In this document: positions 36,501-47,300 of the stretch, piece after piece
Layout: every line of letters starts with the position of its first letter
Numbering within the stretch: position 1 is the first letter of the stretch
From: Octopus sinensis
Lineage: Eukaryota
Reading direction: 5' to 3'
DNA length: 64,000 bases
Assembly (NCBI RefSeq): GCF_006345805.1
Contig: NC_043019.1
Span: 26,163,360 to 26,227,359, forward strand
Position numbers and translations under genes: made by a program
Notes under the pieces: generated by a model
What the model was told of the DNA's origin: nothing
The model's database searches: none
What the model saw: the letters and a program-made list of their open reading frames with translations, nothing else

Positions 36501-39500
36501 AATGATGAATTAACTGACCAGTTTGCCGGAGTATAGCTGACAGCGAACCTGCACTAGCTTGAGCAAAGAAACGTTCTTGCATTAAGCGACGGTGCCGTTC
36601 TTCCAATTCTCTCCGCAGCGCTTGGGCTTCAGCAGCCAGATCAGGTGGTAACACTGCAACCATACTATCATCCATATCTGCTAGCACTTGTTGACGAAGA
36701 GAACTTGGCAACGATGCAAAGAAATTTGCTGGATCTACTGGAGTTTCTGGATTGGTAGGGTTTTGTTGGGCAGTCAACCTGGCTTGTTCAGCACGTTGCT
36801 GAGACAGTACCTGCAACATTTAATAATAAGCATCCACAGTTAGTCATGTTCACAAAGTAGGTGACTATAAGAGAGACAGAGAACAAGTGATGTAATAAAT
36901 AATGTAGTTAGAAAATTAAGAGCTCAGCTCCATACTTCCCAGGTTCAAATTTGAGAAAGATGTGAAAATATCTTTCCTCAACCTGAATTAAATCTCAAAA
37001 TTTTAAAAATATTCCGAACGTGGCCGTTACCAGTGCCGCCTCGACTGGCCTCTGTGCTGGTGGCACATAAAAAGCACCATCCGATCGTGGCCATTACCAG
37101 CGCCGCCTCGACTGGCCTCCGTGCTGGTGGCACATAAAAAGCACCATCCGATCGTGGCCGTTGCCAGCCTCGCCTGGCCTCCATGCTGGTGGCAAGTAAA
37201 AAGCACCCACTACACTCACAGAGTGGTTGGCATTAGGAAGGGCATCCAGCTATAGAAACATTGCCAGATTAGACTGGGCCTGGTGCAGCCTTCTGGCTTA
37301 CCAGACCCCAGTTGAACCGTCCAACCCATGCTACCATGGAAAGCGGACGCTAAACGATGATGATGATGATTCCACCCTACTTCTTTTTTTTCTTCAAGTT
37401 GTGAAAAATGTTTTGCTTGAAAACCACTAGCTTCTGATAACAAAAGAGAAAACCCATTATATTTCAGTATTAGAAATATCACATCACCCAAGACCAGTAC
37501 TTGGAATCTGCTTGTCACATTTATGAAAATGTCTGTTGACCTCCAACTATACTTGTATTGAAACAAGCACAGGCAACCTTTTTTTCAGGAAGTGGACTGT
37601 ATAAAACACAGCTCATCATCATATAGGCCATCCTATTGAATAAATTCAAGGTGAATTTTGGATGTGCCATTGAGAAAGTCCCTTGGGGCACAGGTTGCTC
37701 ATGATTTTATCAAACTGTAGTTAAAGCTCAAGATAAAAACAGAGGTTTCTGAGAATTACATTTTTTTTTTTTTATATATATTGCCAGAATCATGACCGGA
37801 AAATTTGCCATAGACATTTCTGCCAAGGGAAATTTTGCAGTCAAGGAGGAACACAAGCAGACTGTAAACTCCATAACTCATTTTAAAGAAATTATCTTTC
37901 TCTAATTGGTAGGTTAGTTGATGAAGTTGCTATTTTAAGAAAAGTTTTTTGTTTTTTTTTTGGTGGTGAATTTTCCTACAGCAAAAAATGTTTATGGCAA
38001 AATTTCCTATAACCTGCCAGAATAGGACGACACAGCAAAGGTATGTTGAGAAATAAAAATGAGGAACTCACTTCTTCTTGTATAGCCGGTGGCAGTGCAG
38101 CCAAGAACTCAGGATTCACCTCCAAATGACCCATACTACTGCTACTATTCTGAGCTTGTTGTTGAGCTCTCTGTTGGATGCGTTGCAATCGAAGCTGTTC
38201 TGCTATCACTTCTTGCCGAATGTTATCAGGTAAGGCCGCCAAAAATGATGGATCAACACCTTCAGGTAGTGATGGCTCTATAAATAGATAATGCATATAT
38301 GTATATAGACATACATGTACGTACATACGTGTGTGTGTGTGTGTGTGTGTGTACATGCATGCACACATACAAAGATAAAAAAACTGAAGCCTTTTACTGC
38401 AGGAATCAGATATATCTACTAAAAATATCATCAGCCTTAATTGTGAAAAGCAGTTCTGTGTCCTGATCTTTTCTTTTACTCATGAATGTCATGTTTGAAA
38501 CTATGTTTTTGTACCTTGGGCAAGTGTCTTCTACTACAGCCCTGGTTTGACCAAGACTTTAGTGGAGTTGGTTGACAGAAAGCAAAAGAACCCTGCCATA
38601 TATCTATCTATCTATCTGTATTTTGGGATGCATGCGTCTGTGTGTCCCCTTCCACCACTTGACAGCTGCTATTGGTTTGTTTACATCCCTGTCACTTAGG
38701 CGTTCAGCAAAAAGAGACATAGTATAAGAATGAGGTGTAGGAGGAAGTGGGGGATGCAGGGGTCAGTTGTTAAACTAAATCCAGCATGGCCAGTATAGCA
38801 ACTGAAACAAGATAAAAGATGTGTCGAGTTTACAGAGGCAATGTGACTTACAGAAAATATTCTGTTCTTTGATATCAGCGTTGCCTTACTGGCATGTGAA
38901 AAAAACATTCGAGCAAGGTTGTTGCCAGTGCTGCTGGACTGGCTCTTGCGCAGGTGGCACATAAAAAACACCATTTGAGCATGGCCATTGCCAGTACCAC
39001 TTGACTGGCCTTTGTGCTGGTGGCATGTAAAAGCACCCGCTACACTCTCGGAATGGTTGGCATTAGGAAGGGCATCCAGCTGTAGAAACTCTGCCATATC
39101 AAGATCGGAGCCTGGTGCAGCCATCTGGTTCGCCAGCCCTCAGTCAAATCGTCCAACCCATGCTAGCATGGAAAGCGGACATTAAATGATGATAAACATC
39201 ATTACCAGAATAACCATGACATTTAATTTCACAGTGAAAGGGTTAAAAAATGGGAAGTAAAAAGGGTTAAAAAGTGGGAAGTAAAAAGGGTTAAAAAACG
39301 GGAAGTAAAAAGGGTTAAAAAAAGGATTAAAAAATGGGAAGTAAAATTCAATATACATGAATAAAATTTCAAAACAACTTAATGAACCAAAAGCCTCACC
39401 TCCTTGTTCTTGGTTTGCAGGTTGAGGTTGGTTAAAACTGACATCTGGACCATACGTACTTAATGGTCGATCAGTGACAGACACTATATTATTGCTTTCA

Positions 39501-42500
39501 GTGGTTGGTGTACTAGTAAAAACCGTAGCAGCCAATACATCGGTCATATTACTGAAGAAAAAATGAACAAGTTTTAATTACAAAATTATAAAACATTTGT
39601 CCTGACAACTTCCACTTATAATTTTCAATTGGCAACACAATCAAAACCAAAGAATACTCATTAGAAGATGGAAGAAAGAAATCCTAGAGGGTACTTACTT
39701 TGGTGTTAAGCTTGAAGTTAACTGTGGAATACTCATACCACTGGCCTGAGTTCGAATTGGCGTTGTCGGGTCAGTACTCGCTGTAAAACAGACACAGGAA
39801 GAGTGAAATACGATATTTCCACTATCACAGATACCCACCCCACTCACACTAACTAAATGGATTCGATACAACTAATTGAGAAGAACAGAAAAATAATCAA
39901 CAGACAGGAAGAAAACAGTCTTAAAAGTCTGAAACAAACCAAGGTAACAACAGTAATGATGTTAACCCTGCCCCCAACCTAAAGTGCAAAAATTGAGAAA
40001 TGACAAGTCAGCACAGTTCAGTGATTAGAGTTGCATACATACACAGTGGAAGACACTTCTTGACAGTTCCCAACTTCAATGGAAGCAACGGTGGTGGTGG
40101 TGGTGGTGTAGTAGTAGTAGTATGGGGGAGCATGCACTGTAACAGCACATCGTTGCATCCATCATCTGCTAGTGATTCCCCACTCCTGGCAGATGACACC
40201 TTTGCACCACTGCTAACCTATGGGTCTGTTTTGGGTAGCTGTTGCTGGTGACGGTTTTTGCAAGGTTGGGGTGCAAATCCTACCTCAACCTCTTTTAGTC
40301 ACCTTTTACAATATGCAGAAGGAAATGTGGGGTCTATTCTTTGACATGCTGGTCCCCGACACAATGCAATGGCAGTTCACTACATATTTTTTCTTATTCT
40401 AGCACCACAAGGTCAGCAATTTCAAGAGAGCAGGTTAGTGGATACCACTGGCTTTCCAGTACCTTATTTCATCCACCACAAATGGATGTAAGACAAAAGC
40501 TGTTCTGGGCACGATTTGAACTCAGAAACAGAAGGAGCTGGCACAAACGCCACTAAGCATTTTGTATGATGAGCAAGCAATTCTGCCAGCTCACCACCTT
40601 AATAATAATAATAATAATCCTATTATAGACACAAGGCCTGAAATTTGGCGGGAGGGGACCAGTCAAGTAAATCAACTGGCGTTTAATTTATCAACCCTAA
40701 AAGGATGAAAGGCAAAGTCGACCTTGGCAGAATTTGAACTCAGAATGTAGCAATGGGCAAAATACTGCTAAGCGTTTCATCTGGCATGCTAATGTTTCTG
40801 CCAACTCGCCACATTAATAATAATGATTTAAAATTTCCATTGTTTTTCATGGTTGAATATGGTAGCTTTAGAAACAATCGCACCAACAAATATGCCATCC
40901 CACTCACATATTGGACTTAAAAATCAAAAATCAATAACCTTATATTACTGGTGTGTGTTACTTACCCATGCCTGTATAATGCAAGCTGACAGGAGTATTG
41001 GCAGCAGTAGTAGTAGTTGTCGTTGTGGTGGTGGTGGTTGTTGGCAACCCTAAAACATCAGGCATTGCACCAAAAACAACTGAAGACGAAGCACTGAGGT
41101 CTATTGATGTGCTCTCTGGAACGAAGCCAGTGCTGGGTTTCTCTTCAGCATCGGAACTCTGCCTCAAAACCGGTTGAAAAGAGACAGCTCCTGCATCTTG
41201 GCTACTGCTGGCTGCAGCACCTTCTTGAGGTGCAGTCGCTGCACTGCTATAAGAAGTTACCATCACTTCCATTGGAGTCTCGTCTTCCATGTTGGAATTT
41301 TTGTTTCTTGTGGTCCTGAGGAGGGAAAACAAAGTTTGAAACATTTCCAAAGAGAATGAGAGAGTGTGTGTGCACAATAGTGAGTGAGTGAGTGAATGTG
41401 TAATTAATTCAGGAATTTCAGGGCTTTGAGGAGTACGGAATCATTCCTCAGCTACTAGTGTTACCAGGTCTACTCTGACCTGGAGTGGTAGCACCTCTCA
41501 GGGTCCCAGCTATGAGTTAATTAGGATATTAGGGCTTGCCTATTTCTGCATGTGAAGACTGGGTCTGGCAGCCTCTGCAGGAGACTTTGTGGTTCAACGG
41601 AGGGGCAAGTGGCTGTTGCAATGCATTGTGGGGTGCAGAGAGCAAGATGAGGCAAGTAAAGCATCTTGGTCGTCCACTGCATCCGTCACCATCGCCAATC
41701 ATCTTGACCTGGTCTTGCCACTGGATTGAAGATGGTCACAGGCAAGACAATGAAGTTGATGGTGCACAACACTTCTTCACTTCAAAGTCACAGTACAAGT
41801 CATCTGTCATCCTTAACCCTTTAGCATTTAAACCAGCCATGTCCAGTCAAGATTTTCTACCGATTTTTACCTAACCCAAATATATTCTCAAAATAAAATC
41901 ATGTCATTGAAACCTCAAAGGTACCAGATGATGCATGACCAATTCAAATCAATGTGAATAAACAAGCATTACATTTGACAGAGAAATCTGAATGCTAAAG
42001 GGCTGTGGGTGACCAAGATGGTCCTCATCGCTCTGGCAGATGGACGTGTGCAAGTCACACAATTAGTGAGCATTGTAATAATTACAGTTCATGCCACTAG
42101 TCTATCCCTGCTAAACATTTTAATGTCCTGGGTTAGACTGCCATAAATACATAATTGATGAAGTCAATTAATAATATGTGATGGTATAAGGCCTAGTGGT
42201 TAGGGTGCTGGTCTCACAATCACCAGATTGTAGGTTCAATTCCCAGACTGGATGGTACGTTGTGTTCTTGAGCAAAACACGTATTTCATGTTGTTCTCGT
42301 CCACTCAGCTGTAAATGGATCGCCCTGCAACAGACCAGCCTTCTATTCAGGGTGAATGTTGGCCTGCTCACCTAACTAGTGGGGTGGCATCATTCAAAAG
42401 CTAAAAACAATGCAAAGCGCACTGTGACCAGCGATGTATAACATCTGACAGTTTGATCATGTGATCACATTATTAACATACAGCAATTTTAGGCTACATT

Positions 42501-44250
42501 GTTCATTATGAGTTTGTCCCCCCTTTTTTTTTTCATAAGAAACAAGGAACTGCACAAAATATTAATGTGATACGTACAGACGCGTCTGTAATGAAGGTAC
42601 TGGTGCCCTAGGGGTGTTGATTGGGATTGGCTGAGGGGGCGTGGAGAATGACTCAGCCAAAACCTGACCAGCCGTACACAAAAGTCCAATTCCATCTGAA
42701 GTGCTTGAAGCTGCTGGCTGTGCTGCACTGTCCCCTGTTGGAAGAGGAACACTGCTTGTCACAGTAGAGAAATCAGACTTCTCCTCTGAAGATGGCTGGT
42801 TTCCAGGAGGGGTCCAGGTAGCACCCTGCTCTGATAGTTCAGCCTCCATAGCAGAACTCTGACTTTCTGTAGTGACACCTAAAATAAAGGAGAAAAAAAA
42901 TATATTTATCCACACAAAAGATGAAAATACATGAAAACAACATAATCCTAATATTACTTCTAAAAGAGAAAATTGGAAGCATCATCATCATCATCATCGT
43001 TTAACATCTGTTTTCCGCGCTAGCACGGGTTGGATGGTTTGACCGGGGTCTGGGAAGCCAGGAGGCTGCACCAGGCTCCAGTCTGATCTGGCAGTGTTTC
43101 TACAGCTGGATGCCCTTCCTAACGCCAACCACTCCGCAAGTGTAGTGGGTGCTTTTTACGTGCCACCGGCACAGAAGCCAGTCGAGGCGGCGCTGGCATC
43201 GGCCATGTTCGGATGGTGCTTTTTATGTGCCACCGGCACAGGTATCACAACTACTATTTCCATTGATATTTATTTCGATGTTCATGTACTTGACTCAATA
43301 GGTCTCCTTTGAATGGGCAAAATTTTTTTTAAAAGGTGGGGGAGGGGGGAATAAATGTATAGACTGATACACAATCTAGAAAATAGTGACTGCTTTGTTT
43401 GTCATTAAGTCTGACAATCTCTTTGAAATGTAAATGTCTTAACCCTTTAGCAATCAAGTTAATCTTTCAAATGTAATGCTTCTTTATTCACATTTGAATT
43501 AATCGTTCTTTATCTTCTAGCATCAAGATTTCAATGATGTGATTGCTTATTTTTAGAAAGACATTGTAGGGTAGGTGTGAGAGGCCAGATTTGGTTGATT
43601 TTAATATAAAACAGGGAGAATACTTGGGCCTGATATGGCTAGTTTATGTTCTGAAGGGTGAACATGTGAAAGTGTGTGGTTAAGTGGTTATGGTATTCAG
43701 CTCACGATCATATGGTCACAAGTTCGATCCCAGGCAGTACCTTGAGTCCTTGAGCAGGACATTTTATTTCATATTCACATTGCTTCAGTCCACTCAGCTG
43801 GCAAAAATGAGTTGTACTCGTATTTCAAAGGGCCAGCCTTGTCCCATTTTGAGTCATGCTGAATCTCCCCAAGAACTACATTAATGGTATATTTATCTGT
43901 GGAGTACTTGGCTGCTTGCATGTTAACTTCATGAGCAGGATGTTCCATTGATCGGATCACAGAGTGCCAGTTTTTAACAGATGAAAGCACTCAATCTACC
44001 ATAAAACTAGAAACTTAACTGCTAGAATTACATGAAAATATGCAAAAAAATAAAATATATATTCTAAGCAGGGATAGCGGAGGAGTGGCTGTGTGGTAAG
44101 TAGCTTGCTAATCAACCACATGGTTCCGGGTTCAGTCCCACTGCATGGCATCTTGGGCAAGTGTCTTCTGCTATAGCCCCGGGCTGACCAATGCCTTGTG
44201 AGTGGATTTGGTAGACGGAAACTGAAAGAAGCCTGTGGTATATATGTATG

Positions 44251-44302
<52 letters not shown>

Positions 44303-47300
44303 TCCCCCTAGCATTGCTTGACAACCGATGTTGGTGTGTTTACGTCCCCGTCACTTAGCGGTTCGGCAAAAGAGACCGACAGAATAAGTACTGGGCTTAC
44401 AAAGAATAAGTCCCGGGGTCGATTTGCTCGACTAAAGCCGGTGCTGCAGCATGGCCGCAGTCAAATGACTGAAACAAGTAAAAGAGTAAAGGGAAATGGT
44501 GAGAACAGATATAAGTAATAAGAACATACCAAGACCAAATAGTGGTACTACAGTTAAATAACATTGAGCATCACCATGTTTATGTATTTTGGAAATTGGA
44601 GAGAAAGAAAAACCTACCCACCTGTAGGAGTACTAGTGTTTTCTTTCCCAGGAATAGTTCCTAAATTTGATGTCAAAACAGGAGTGGCGGCAGCTGCTTC
44701 GTTACCACTTCCTCCCTGTGAAGATACCTGAAACACACAAAAGAGAAATTCATTTTAGAATCAAACAAAAACAGAAGTAGTTATCCCCCTGCCTCCACCC
44801 CACTCGTAATATTTGGGGAGATGTGTGTTAATCCAGCAGATGTACAAACCATAACTATTTCATCTTTATCTTGGACAGCCGGCGGGACATAAAATGGAAA
44901 TCTCGAGTGTTGGGCCTCACAGACAATGACAAATGACCAAGACCTTTGGCAGTATGGTATGCTTGAGTAGAAAAGCCATCAAGCCAAGTGAAATTGTAGC
45001 CGCGCAACTGGCACCTGTGCTGATGGCATGTAAAAGCACCTATTACACTCAGAGTGGTGGGCGTTAGGAAGGGCATCCAGCCATAGAAACTCTGCCAAAT
45101 TAGACTGGAGTCTGGCGCAGCCCCTCAGCTTACCAGTCCTGGTCAAACAGTGTCCAACCCATGCCAGTTCAATGATGAGGGTTGTGCTTTTCTCTCTCCC
45201 ACAAAGAGAGATACAAACATGGCTATGTTGTGAAGAAGTTTACATCCCTATCACATGATTTCAGGTTCAATCCCACTGCACAGCAGCACCTTGGGGTAAG
45301 TGTCTACTATAGCCTAGCATGTGCAGGTATGCCCATCTGACCCTTGCATGCATGGAAAAGTGGATGTTAAAATAATGATTTGCTCTATCCATTTTTGAAG
45401 GTAGGGAGTAATTTGAAGGAAATTTGGGACTGCAAAGTATCAGAGGGTTGGGTTATACATCTTTATTTCCTCTCAGTTCTCTTCTGACCCCCTACCATTT
45501 AGCTGTTGTATGTCTTGCAGCATATATACTACTGCTACGGGCATGAGAGAAGACTAAAAGTTATCTTCTATATGTTGTGCATTTAATTTACGTCAAGTTT
45601 TATATGGCTAGATATAGTTAATCATCATCGTTTAACATCCGTTTTCCGCGCTAGCACGGGTTGGACGGTTCGACCGGAATCTGGGAAGCCGGGGCTGCAC
45701 CAGGCTCCAGTCTGATCTGGCAGTGTTTCTACAGCTGGATGCCCTTCCTAACGCCAACCACTCCGCGAGTGTAGTGGGTGCTTTTTACGTGCCACCTGCA
45801 CAGGTGCCGGGGTGGGGGGTGGGGGGGTCTGGCATCGGCCACGATCGGTTGGTGCTTTTAACGTGCCACCAAGTCAGAATAAAAGCTGAAATGGTTACTG
45901 GTGGAATGCTAGATCATAAGGGTTGGCCTATCCCGATAAGAGTTGGCCTTGGGATAAACATCAGAAGCAAAAAATTCGTCCTCCACCATCACCATGAATA
46001 ACAGTTTAGAAATTCTAACAACTTGCCTCCATGTTTGAAGTTGGAGCTTCAGTCTTTTTCTCAGCATTAGCACTGTCATACTTCGTTTCTTCCGTTTTGC
46101 TTTGAGCAGCTTTCTGGGCAGCTTCCTCTTCAGCTGCTTTTCGCCGTTTTTCTCGGCGTTCCTCTAATTCCATGTTGCGATGTTTCTCCAAAACGTCAAT
46201 GATCTGACTCTTCAAAACTGTAGTTGCAAAAAAAGAAAAAGAAAAAATTATTGAATAATTATTGGATAGAAAATAAAACTATGAAAATAGTCATTATCTT
46301 AACCCTTTCGTTACTGAATTTTATTTTAAATATAATAAAGAATTAAGTAAAATAACATCGTTATCATTAAGCTAGAGTTAGGGATGTAAATTATGACTCA
46401 GGTTTGGTGGAAGATTTTAATTCAGAACTTTTGAAAACCAGACATTTGTACTAAAGAGCCAGAGCCGGTTTCAGCCGGGTTGGTAACGAAAGGTTTAATA
46501 TCTGAAAATTTGATCCTTCCAATAGATTTTTGAACAGCCAAGGGCAACCTGCAGCCCTCAGAACTTTCTGAATGGCATGCCCAATGAAAACTCCTCAATT
46601 TTTTTTTTTTTAGTAGTATGGCCCTCCTAATTGATAAGGCTGCTAATAGATGCCCTGTCTTTATTAGATTAACTTCGTGTTATTACATTTTTTTTTTTTT
46701 TAAACCAAAACTATTTACAAAATTGGAAATCAGAATCAAAGTCCTTCAAAACATTGTCTTGCAATGAGACTGGAACCATTGTCATGGTACCATTCCACTT
46801 GTGAACATAATTGATAAGGCTGTGTCTAATGTGACCCAATTCTCAATTGATAAGGCTGTGTCTAATGTGACCCAATTCTCAAAAATGGTCGCCCATGCTG
46901 GTTTTGTCGTATTTGCATGTCGCTTATGATATCATGACAACCTCTAAGTTGTGATTTCTAAACCCACTTCCGTATAGCAAACAGCCTAACCTGCAAGGCA
47001 CAGGACTGCAATTTCTCTCATCTAAGCCATAAAAAAAAAAGGAAAGAAAACAAAAATACACACAAATGGTGTGTGTGTGTGTATACACATTGAACATAAA
47101 AGTACAGAATAAAATTACAGAATGAACTTACTGGTCACACAATCATGTACACTATCACCATCAAGCACCTTGGCTTCTTCAGTCCAACGTGTGAGTGTTG
47201 AGGGAATACAAGAAAGGACACCGGGACCGGCAGAACTATTGTCAGGGTAATTATCCTGAAGACACGAAATATGAGAACATTTAAAGTTACATCATTAATA

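Noticed and set aside
37014-37215. Regularly spaced direct repeats superficially like a CRISPR array
   Set aside because: Contiguous 67-bp tandem units with no unique spacers, inside a eukaryotic retroelement; no cas genes.
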